Positions 41,520-51,559 of a stretch of DNA of 64,000 bases are shown here, one piece after another. Each line of letters opens with the position of its first letter. The stretch's first letter is position 1. Location: NCBI GenBank assembly GCA_977017575.1, contig CDRNVI010000049.1, forward strand, positions 186,001-250,000, read 5' to 3'. The position numbers were made by a program, and so were the translations under genes. Under the pieces are notes generated by a model. It ran no database searches, had not been told where the DNA came from, and worked only from the letters and a program-made list of their open reading frames with translations. The stretch is from Paramoeba atlantica. Its lineage: Eukaryota > Protista > Discosea.

Positions 41520-42790
41520 TGAAGAAGCGAGCAGGAGTTCAGTGTCACCTGATAGTTCGGAAAAAGAAGCAAGTAACGTTAATGACATAATTCGTGAAAT
41601 TGTGAAGGTTGTGAACCGCGAACATAAACTTGGTGACTTGTGTGGGATGGTGTTGACAGAAGTGGAGGAATGATTGGGTTCTGTGAATAACCCTAACAAG
41701 GTATTTTCGGTTGTCTTTCGGAAAAAGCTGGACGACTTGTTTATTGAAGGACGACTTGGAACATGTGACAAGGCGAATCGGGAAGTACTTGAGACCAGAG
41801 TGAATTTCATCAAAGGAGATCCATACTACCGTACACCCCCCAGTAATAGAATCGATTTAAAATCGATTCTATTCCCAAAATCCTTTTGAGTCCAAATCTC
41901 TGTTACTGGGAGGTATGCTTTTTTGGTGGGAAAATATCTTTTTTGTTCATGGATGCATTGATTTTCTGCCAAGACAACCCCGCAACCACGGCATTCGCTC
42001 CCGCGCAACCACCCTCACCCAGCCCAGCGACCCCCACCCGCTCAAACGCCCCCTCCCCCCTCCAAGCACCCTGTCCAATCTCTGTTACTGCAGGTCAGCC
42101 CAAAAATGGCCAGATCTCTGTTACTGGGGGGGTCTATTACTGGGGGGAGCATACGGTTCATGTCAGTTGTGGAGGACATGGTGGGCGGTGAAAGTGGAAA
42201 ACACCAGTGGGAAGAGCTCCACGAGGCGGATCACCGCCACCTGTACTCCGTACTTGTCGAATTTGCTGTGCTTTTACAGTTACAAGCATTACCTAAAGGC
42301 TTCGCGCACCAATGCCCGGATGGGATGTACTACGCGATAAAGACTACTGCCGCTCGCGCATTGACTACTGCCGCTCCTGCATTGGAAAAGACGGTTTTAA
42401 GAAGAGTACCCCATCCCCCGTTGAGGAACGTGCTTTTGCGAAAAAGATTTACGAAAAGATGGGCTCCGATGAGAATGTGTCCGCGTATGTGAACACATCC
42501 ACTCCCGTGTCATTTCGATTATCAGGAAATAGTTCCACGCCATATGACATTCGGAACAGCGAGTTCTCTTTTGGATTGGATGCCACGGTCGCCCCATGGT
42601 GTCGGCTTCAGCCCCTGTGTCCGGATGGGAACGTACTTGTGTGGGATGCAAGGGAAAGGGACACAATGCCTTATCCAACTGGGCGTGTCCCGCATGGGCT
42701 CCCCTCCCAACCAAACCAATACACCATTATGAACATGCGTCGCTGGCTACGCTGTTCAACAAGCAACGAACCTCTGTTTAACGGCTGAGC
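41520..42790 (+). pseudogene. Decayed ORF of an unidentified multicopy family, split by a MITE
   Basis: Frame restores across the MITE (KGDPYY|MSVVED). The 3' end 42700-42800 has an inverted homologue at 39660-39770. Confidence 0.5.
41829..42156. mobile_element. MITE with CCGTA...CCCCCAGTAATAGA TIRs
   Basis: ccgtacaccccccagtaataga / tctattactggggggagcatacgg; internal ATCTCTGTTACTG repeats; flanks TA/TT. Confidence 0.7.
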
Positions 42791-43751
42791 CGTCAAACAC
42801 CGATTTTCCCCACGTCACGAAGGAGCGGTGGTGGACTTCATGGAGAACGTGTGGCGTTCTGTTTCAGGAAAGCGTTCCAGATCATGTACACTGGCGAAAG
42901 CGCAAAGGAGGCCACCAGCTAGATAGTGCCACAGAGGAGCCCTTTCTTCTACAACAAGCATGTCATACAGCTCGATCACGCGGCTTGCAGATGGGGAAGC
43001 GACTTGCAAGCCACTCTCCTCTTGCGTGATGCGTTTCCATTCGTTGTGAAGATCAAGGAGGTAAGATCTGTTGTTAAATTCAGAAGTTTGTTTGAAGTTC
43101 GAAGCATGAAGTCCGTACCCTCTATTCGTGACATTTTTAGTTTTTTGAACTATCCTCTTCTTATCTAGCTCATATTTATCCTGCAATTCCCTACATGTAG
43201 GGCATCAATAGAGATCAGCTAAATGACTTTCGTTGAACCTCGGCGAGCAAACCCCCTTGTTATTACGCATACAGATCTCGGACGCCTCAGCTCTTTGCCT
43301 TTAGCCGGTAGTTTCGACGACCAATGATATTGGACCGACACGCAGGTCATCAATAATTTCTGGGTGGACTATGGTGAAAATGTACCCTAAAAAATATATT
43401 TTTGAAAAAACATTCTAACAAAAAACAAATGTGATTCGGCATTATTCTAAGATATTCTAAGACACTGCGACAGTTTTCCCTGATATACACAATAAAATTT
43501 ATCGATGCCCTGTAAGATCATCAGTGGTAATCTCAGATTTCAAATGAACCGGTTGATCTTCGTCGAGAGGAAGTTCCCTCACTAAACAAGATAAATGGAT
43601 TACCTCATTCGCATGCTGAGACTATGTGGAACGAGACTATGTGGAACGTCAAAAATTAACGCAGGTTTCATAATATCGGAGTGCATCTGAAAAAAGCGGC
43701 GACATTTGCTGAGTAATATCTGTAGTGTCCTATAGCTTCGGAATCTGTTTT

Positions 43752-44329
43752 GTCCCCTCTACCCCTCTAACCTTTGTTTCGAGCATGGGGTACCTTGGAT
43801 GTCTAACGTGACATGCACGATGGACGCCACGACAATCCCATGTCGTTTAAGGAAACCGCCTGAAACTTTGCAAAAATTACTTTCTAGGCATTTCGTTAAG
43901 CGCGGAGGTAATTTTCAACGCAAGGCGCGCAGCAGTGGTGACTTATAAGTCGAAAACAACAACTGCTTTTGAGGAATCGACAAAAAAAACAAAAATTTCA
44001 GGATAGTATGCTTAAAAAGTTCATAAGACTCAAACTGCACTTATCTCTACTTGCGAGCGACGACGAAATCCGTTTCAGTAAAGCGAACGATAGAATCCTT
44101 GTTGGTAGGCGACTGGAAGAATCTACTTGTACATGCATGAATAGCTGTTTACACTGTACTGTTTCAATGACGTGATGCACTATGGATTTACTTTTCAAGG
44201 TTAAAATATGAAATGAAAAGTACAGAGTTTATTGCGATTATTTTTTGACAAAATTTTGTTTAATCGAATAGCATCGAACCGTGCACTAAATACTGATGAA
44301 ACTTATACAGGTTTGGTGACATGTGCTTC
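43752..44329 (+). repeat. ~590-bp direct repeat A1 (pairs with 50509-51104)
   Basis: Near-identical from gtcc(c)ctctacccctctaacc to gtgacatgtgcttc. Confidence 0.92.
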
Positions 44330-44404
44330 CTGTTGGAGGTTCGGGGTCTCCTCCCGCGCGACGGGAGCGCGGCGGGAGCGCGGCGGGAGCGCGGCGGGAG
44401 CGCG

Positions 44405-44911
44405 GTACGACACATGAAATATGCGCATACTTCGTCGCTCACTCTCCAAGAACGCGTGAAACTTGCATGGAAAGCTTTTCACAGACTTAAGCCTCTCTGG
44501 AATCACCAGATAAATGTTCTGCTTCGCTTGCGATTGTTCGAAGCCCTTGTCGGAAGTGTGTTGTCATACGGATCAGCGTCGCTTGTTCCGACACTAACCG
44601 AACTGAGAGAAACGGATGTCGAGGTAAATAAGATGAGACGTTTAGCAAAAGGCACACCACTATGGAACGGGCACGAAAATACACCGACAACTGCGCTTTA
44701 TAGAGGCGACTCCAAGTTTTCTACGCAGTTACGCGTCAGCAGGGCAAAGCTTGTAGGACATTTATTGTGGCACGACTCGCCATTTCAAGAACTAATTCTT
44801 TGGAATGTGGACGAAAATGCGAGAAAGAAGTCTCTTTCTGAGATCTGCGCTGATGATTTGGGCATCGACATTTTGGAGATGAGCGAAGCAGCCTCGAACA
44901 GGGAACTGTAG
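44405..44911 (+). mobile_element. RTE-like retroposon post-RT C-terminal fragment
   Basis: RVKLAWKAFHRL..LW...RLFEALVGSVLSYGS...RAKLVGHLL. Confidence 0.75.
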
Positions 44912-45268
44912 CGCTCTCTTGTGGCCAATCTGAAAACCAAACTTGATGGTGTACCAAGGTACCAAGGTTGGTGTACTAAGGTACTTACGTACCTTACACT
45001 AGTAAAGCACACAATGCTCATCGCATACTAAGCACAAGAATCAATGAACATGACAAATGGGCTAGACTCCAATTTCAGGAAAAAAGTGTCGCAGTATGGC
45101 TTGAAGGAGATTTGACACACGTGTCTTGCGATGGTTCCGTGCAAAAATCGGGAACTTTGTACGTCAGTGGGGCAGGCGTCGCCCTGTTTCAGGGTGGGAG
45201 CTGCGTACTCCAAGAAAGCGTAAAACTGGACTCTGTGAATAACACTTCCTGTTGGAGGTTCGGGGTCT

Positions 45269-45338
45269 CCTTTAACCCTGCTAAACCGGTCCAAAGCCCG
45301 GGGCTATGTAAAAAAATACATAGAAAGGTGATGGAAGG
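45269..45338 (+). ncRNA. Twister ribozyme (type P1 with P5 stem)
   Basis: P1 CCTT/AAGG; U|AA at 45273-45275; P2 CCCT/AGGT; T2 GC/GC; P4 CCGG/CCGG with loop TCCAAAGC; T1 CCA/TGG; conserved GA at 45330-45331; P5 CTATGTA/TACATAG. Confidence 0.85.
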
Positions 45339-45642
45339 ATTTGCAACCTTATGAAAAGTGTAAAATTGAAAATTGTTGTAGCTGTTTTGCTCTGTATCAC
45401 TTTATTTATACATGTATGATGATTCAAGGTCGTGCAGCGCGGACATTGTAGCCGTAAACGAAAATATACTTTATGTTGTACTTTAAATGTGCTTTATATT
45501 GTGTGTGGATGATATACAGTTACGTGTAGTATACTGTATATTATAGTGTATTTACATGCATATGAAGATACATACATACATGTATATACACGTATGTACA
45601 CATGTGAGTTAAAGAAAAAGGAGGAGGGGGGGACGCGTCCGA

Positions 45643-45779
45643 CCCAAGGAATTTGTCCCTAGCAGGGTTAAAGGAGACCCCGAACCTCCAACAGGAAGTA
45701 CCGCGTATGGAGCCGATTGTGCGCCCGCACTTCGAGCGAGATGCGCACACTTCCTGCTGAGGGCAGGGGTCGGACACCA
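45643..45779 (-). repeat. Inverted second copy of the 40-nt core ACTTCCTGTTGGAGGTTCGGGGTCTCCTTTAACCCTGCTA inside a multibranch fold
   Basis: Core is identical to 45244-45283; a truncated third copy is at 44326-44351. Closing helix GTCCGACCC/GGGTCGGAC. Confidence 0.8.
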
Positions 45780-45959
45780 CAAAGATGCAGCGCGGTTGCT
45801 ACGTTACTAGGTAAACATACAGTTTTTAGAAACATAGAGTTTTTGTTTTCTACAACTCAGTTCAAATAATAAATTGAATTATGATAAATTGAATTAATTG
45901 AATAATTTGCAGTTTAATGAATAAACTAGATTCCAGCAGGGTATGAAACTTGATGTAGA

Positions 45960-46345
45960 GTTAGTTCTTGTCTCATATAGCTTTGAATCCTGCAACGCAG
46001 GTGACCATAGATTTCATAGTTAGATCTTAAGACATCTTGTCTCACGTAGCACTTTTAAATCCTGCAAAACAGGTACTTTAGATTCAAAGTTAGATCTTTG
46101 GCACATCGTGTCTTGCATAGACTTTTAAAACCCTGCAAGGCAGGTAACGTACATTTAGATTCATAGTTTATCTTGAGACGTCTTGTCTCACACAGAAGAA
46201 GTCCTTACTTCCTCCAAGGCAAGCTCATTAGATTCATAATCTTTGAGACGTCTTGTCTCGCATAGCCTAAAAATCCTGCGACTCTCATAGAAAGCCTGCA
46301 ATGCAAGCATAGATTCAGAGTTAGATCTTTTGAGAGGTTCTCATA
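45960..46345. repeat. ~70-bp degenerate tandem repeat (about 5-6 units) with two small inverted motifs
   Basis: Units contain (GA)GACRTCTTGTCTC and CCTGCAANNCAGG. Confidence 0.75.
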
Positions 46346-46390
46346 GTTCAGTTTTCTTAAAATTTACATTTATTAGTCGCACTACTTGAT

Positions 46391-46436
<46 letters not shown>

Positions 46437-46501
46437 CAGTTAGTTAGTTAGTCAGTCAGTTAGTTAGTTAGTTAGTTAGTCAGTTAGTTAGTTAGTCAGT
46501 C

Positions 46502-46536
<35 letters not shown>

Positions 46537-46627
46537 CAGTCAGTCAGTTAGTTAGACAGTCAGTTAGTTAGTAAGTTAGTTAGTTACTTACTTACTTAGT
46601 CGCTTAGTTAGTTAGTTAGTTGGTTAG

Positions 46628-46683
<56 letters not shown>

Positions 46684-46704
46684 CAGTCAGTTAGTTAGTT
46701 AGTC

Positions 46705-46747
<43 letters not shown>

Positions 46748-46834
46748 CAGTCAGTTAGTTAGTTAGACAGTCAGGTAGTTAGTAAGCTAGTTAGTTACTT
46801 ACTTACTTAGTTAGTCGCTTAGTTAGTTAGTTAA

Positions 46835-46905
<71 letters not shown>

Positions 46906-47035
46906 ATGAGTTAGATAGTTAGTTAGTCAGTTAGTTAGTTAGTTGGTCAGTCGGTTAGTTAGTTAGTTAGTGAGTTAGTTAGTTAGTTAGTTAGTTAGTC
47001 AGTCAGTTAGTTAGTTAGTTAGTTAGTTTGTTAGA
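46391..47035. repeat. (TTAG)n array with TCAG variants
   Basis: About 640 bp of gttagttag. Confidence 0.97.
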
Positions 47036-47248
47036 TGCTAAATTAAGTTACTAAGTTAGTAAAGATCGTGGTTTGGTTAGTGAAAGAAGTTGGTTAGTGG
47101 GTTAGATTATAAACTTGCGAATATTGGTTCAATTTAACCGATTGTTCATTAATTTCCTAGTAATATTACTTTAAGCACTTGATGAATCTAGGTATTTACT
47201 GACACAGTTGTCTACTTATTCCCTAACTCCATTACCAAGTTATAGTCT

Positions 47249-48334
47249 ATGGTTGACGCCATTCCAGAAGTCGTTCCCGCGCAAACGACTCTTTCAGAAG
47301 CCCGATCTGCTTTTAATGAGCTGTGCTCCATGAAGCGCATGGGATTGACGCTCCGGGACAAACTCGTACAACTCCTTCCTAACGCGCTTGAATGCGTAAA
47401 GGCACATGTGCCTACGACGCCTTTGCTGGAAGAGGCTTCCTCAACGGCAGGAAGTGGAGACACCGAACGCGGAGCACAAGCAATCCTTCGGGCCGTGAGT
47501 GCACTAAAAATTGGCAATTTCTCTAGCCGCGAGGTCCCGCAGTCAGTTCTTGTCGCTCTACGCGATCTCTTATGTGCGCACGAGGGCAGCCTCACCTCCC
47601 GAGACACCCCACCTTCATCCCCCCACTCAGAAGAACAGCGTAAAAGGGGCCGCGTGCCTAAAGAGATGCAAGAGGCATTTTGCGCCGTGATAGGGACACG
47701 CGAGGATCCTCGTTGCTCTGAAGTACTGCACCAGTGTCTGACGCACACTGGTTTCAGCGCTGCAACCTGGCTTACTCCAGGGGTGAAGGAGGCGGTGCGC
47801 AACGCCGTCGGTACCCGCCCTGATGCGGTGTACTACGCGAAACTCCTCTGCGAATCCCCTCCGGACTCACGACTTACCGCCTTAGAGTCAGAGGGCGTGC
47901 GCCTGGGAGTTTGGGCACTCCTATGCAAGTTGGGCGTCGTGCTTTTATCTTTTCAGTTAAAGCACGAAAATGCCTATGTACCAGCCGAAACGCTGGTGAA
48001 ATTAATGTTGGACGACGTGTCTGATCGTTCCAATCAGCCAATCGTTTCTTTTTTGGCGGGGCACACGCGAGCTCTGAGCGTCATTACTGGCGCGCAAACA
48101 AAAGTTATGCACCCTCGCCCCTTCCCTGGCCTAGTAATCCCATTGAAAGGAGCGAATATGAAGAAGACTTGGCACTTCCCGAATGCCCCAGCAGGCACAT
48201 GTCGTCATTGTGGCAAGCGCGGCCACCGCATAAGTGACTGTCGTGTTCCCGAGACTAGTGTCCTTCGCTCCCTAAATCGTGACAAAGGGAAAACTCGACC
48301 CGGAACCAAGAGTCAAAACCTAGTCCAATTATAG
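47249..48334 (+). CDS. Gag-like protein with CCHC zinc knuckle (VIPER-like element)
   Basis: Open 361 aa; CRHCGKRGHRISDC; lies upstream of a tyrosine recombinase. Confidence 0.75.
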   Translation: MVDAIPEVVPAQTTLSEARSAFNELCSMKRMGLTLRDKLVQLLPNALECVKAHVPTTPLLEEASSTAGSGDTERGAQAILRAVSALKIGNFSSREVPQSVLVALRDLLCAHEGSLTSRDTPPSSPHSEEQRKRGRVPKEMQEAFCAVIGTREDPRCSEVLHQCLTHTGFSAATWLTPGVKEAVRNAVGTRPDAVYYAKLLCESPPDSRLTALESEGVRLGVWALLCKLGVVLLSFQLKHENAYVPAETLVKLMLDDVSDRSNQPIVSFLAGHTRALSVITGAQTKVMHPRPFPGLVIPLKGANMKKTWHFPNAPAGTCRHCGKRGHRISDCRVPETSVLRSLNRDKGKTRPGTKSQNLVQL

Positions 48335-48952
48335 GGCAACATGATTTTAGCAAGAAACGGATTTTACTATAGCGAAAATGTGCACGATTTCATACTCTTC
48401 TTTAATTCTGAGATACTCTAATTCTGAGACATAATCTTTTAGCTAAGCGAAAAATTCTGGTTTCGTCCTATTTTTTTCGTCCTATTATTATCCTATTAGC
48501 GGCGTTTTCTTTGCAATGTTAGTTTCATTGTTCGTGCAGCCAATTTCATATTAACTTTCTGTTCAAGTTGATGCTTACACATGAGTTTTCATTACATACC
48601 AGTAGTATTTATAATAACTAAAAGAAAAACACTTTCAATAGCGGGGTTTTGTTTCCTTTCTTATTCAAATTTCTTAAGCATTCCGGCGGAGGAAAAATTC
48701 TCTATAGTAGTACTTTTACATACGTATCAAATACAAAGTAGTTGTTCTACAGTTCACTTCTAGTCATGAAAGGTTACAAGTATAGTGCAAGTATAGCATC
48801 ACGAAATATAGCGTAGAAGGCATAGAAGATACCTCTTTACGGGGTGTTTGGCGTTACAGCCAGGTAGATCTGAGTGAGATTACGTAACCTTATGGGTTAT
48901 TAGTTTATCAAGAATTATTGATATTTATTATTAAATTGCACTACACGTACTG

Positions 48953-49800
48953 ATGGTACGACAAAGAACACAGCACGTACAAGACTCAGAAATTCGAGAA
49001 GGATACGAAAGATACCTTTTTCTCGACGTGCACCGCCACCTTGCTCAGCTTTCAGCTACGAGACAAACTGCTGCGAGACGAGAATGTTACTTCGCAAGGC
49101 TGGAAAGCCTCTTGCAGGTCCACGGCGTGTTTAATATACTTGAGGAACAATTTTAAGCCTTGTGCGCAAGTCTAGCGCGTTTCTATCGTGCCTCAACATT
49201 AGAATCATTTCGTGCCGCCCTCGTGTGGCGCCAGGTAGAAGATATGCCCATAGAGGCATGCTGGACGCAATCTATTCGGTTCCGTAGACGATTTAGAGGC
49301 GCAATGAAGCTTTGTTTGGATCCCGTGCCCCGGGGATCTGTAACGTTCAGTCAGTTGCGAACATTAACAAGTCGCTGCTCTGAGCGAGGGGAAATAGACT
49401 ATGCCAGAGGTTTTATCGTCGCCTTTTACGGTTTGCTGCGACATAGCGAAATCACTTCCTTAAGACGAAGCGATATAGAGGTTAGTCACACGGAGGCTTT
49501 GTTGCGCATCCGCGGGGGTAAAGGGCGGAGAAACAATGTCGTAGATATAGTTGAAGTCCCGGAAGCTCACGATCTATTGGTCTACTTAAAGACATCGAGC
49601 AGCCACTAGTTACTCTTTCCTGGGTGGCAGAAGAAAAGGCCAACATATTAATCAGTAATGAAGCGAGAAACCTACAATGGAATGTTCACCAGACTTGGTC
49701 TTTCCACTCACTGCGCCATGGAGGTGCCGGACACCTTACTAGACAAGGAGTAGATCCTTCAACTCGTCTCCGACGAGGACGCTGGATGTCTATTTCAGTT
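48953..49800 (+). pseudogene. Tyrosine recombinase of a YR retrotransposon, with stops and truncated before the catalytic Tyr
   Basis: YGLLRHSE (R), GGKG (K), FHSLRHGGA (HxxR), GRW. In-frame TAA and TAG stops. Confidence 0.85.
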
Positions 49801-50488
49801 TGCGGGCTACCTTCGACATGCACATACAATATTAGGTATCGCTCCTCGGGAGCTCGGGCGCATCTCAAAGCTACAAAGTGATCAGGGAAAAATTGAGAAT
49901 TGGGATGCAAGAATACTCCCCGAATCTGTATCTGCTCTTGTTATTCGCATGGTGCAACACGTTGCTCATGTCAACGAAAAAGCACGAGACTGACAAATGT
50001 TTTCCAAGCCCACATTAAATAAAAGAGTTTACTTTGCAGCAGTAGATGCGACACCCACGCGATGGGCTGTTTGGCCAATGAAAAAGGGCGAAGTTTCACG
50101 AGATGAAATTATATATCAAGCTTGTAAACTCGAAATTGTGTTAGCGGAAGCCACAGCCATAGCTAATGCTATTCAAAGCGCCCACAGCAAAGGTTTCCAA
50201 TTTATTGTAATTGCCAATGATAATACGGCCGCATGTCACTCGTTTGTTAAGGGATACTCCCCACTAGATGCGCTTGATCATATAATAAAAGGTTGTCAGA
50301 ATTTCAAAGGGAAGTTGATTCTATGTGATATTCCTAGCGAGGAAAACATCGCGGATGTTGGAACTCGACCAGAGAAGATATACTCTGAATCAGAATACAC
50401 CTTTAGGAGCTATCAGTCTTGGAATCGACTATGCATTGCGTGGGATAATTATAGGATTTTGGGCACGACATTCACCAGTCGAAAATAA
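49800..50488 (+). pseudogene. RT thumb/connection plus DIRS/VIPER-type RNase H; RT palm deleted
   Basis: YLRHAHTILGI...NWDA then AVDATPTRWAV...IVLAEA.AI...IANDNTAA...IPSEENIADVGTR. Confidence 0.8.
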
Positions 50489-50508
50489 GGATATAAATAT
50501 TGAATCCA

Positions 50509-51104
50509 GTCCTCTACCCCTCTAACCTTTGTTTCGAGCATGGGGTACCTTGGATGTCTAACGTGACATGCACGTGCAAGGAAACCATGGTCGTGCAAGG
50601 AAACCGTCGTGCCCATGTCGTGCAAGGAAACCGCCTGAAACTTTGCAAAAATTACTTTCTAGGCATTTCGTTAAGCGCGGAGGTAATTTTCAACGCAAGG
50701 CGCGCAGCAGTGGTGACTTATAAGTCGAAAACAACAACTGCTTTTGAGGAATCGACAAAAAAAACAAAAATTTCAGGATGGTATGCTTAAAAAATTCATA
50801 AGACTCAAACTGCACTTATCTCTACTTGCGAGCGACGACGAAATCCGTTTCAGTAAAGCGAACGATAGAATCCTTGTTGGTAGGCGACTGGAAGAATCTA
50901 CTTGTACATGCATGAATAGCTGTTTACACTGTACTGTTTCAATGACGTGGTGCACTATGGATTTACTTTTCAAGGTTAAAATATGAAATGAAAAGTACAG
51001 AGTATATTGCGATTATTTTTTGACAAAATTTTGTTTAATCGAATAGCATCGAACCGTGCACTAAATACTGATGAAACTTATACAGGTTTGGTGACATGTG
51101 CTTC
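50509..51104 (+). repeat. ~590-bp direct repeat A2
   Basis: Pairs with 43752-44329; begins 21 bp after the RNase H stop. Confidence 0.92.
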
Positions 51105-51559
51105 TTAGATAATGATATGATATGATCTACAGATTCCTTAAAAACAATCAGCTACAGGACTATACATACGAAAAGAAATAGCATAACAGATACAGCATAA
51201 ACAGCATAACAGGTGTAGTAGCTAATAGTAAGAAACAACGAGTAGCTCTCACAACAAGACAGTACAAATACACTTATTTCAGAAACTTAATTAGATCACA
51301 TCAAGAGATATATTCTGGATTCCAATTCCAAAACACATGAATATTTTCAGTTAGATATAGTTGTATGCAGTGCATCACTTTTTCTGTTTCACTACACAAA
51401 AGAGATTCGAAGTAAAAATATAGTTGAATATCAAACATAAATTCTGATTCACCAGAAAAACAGAACGAAGCTAGACTACAGAAATAAGTATGTCAAAAAA
51501 ATCTATTAAGGCCTAACGTTTCTCCCTAGATATTCACTTCAACGGCGTTCTCAACACTT

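Noticed and set aside
45643-45700. Second complete or circularly permuted twister on the minus strand
   Set aside because: Only the P1/UAA/P2/GC 5' strand and a P3-like hairpin are present; no P2'-GA-T1'-P1' segment exists upstream or downstream.
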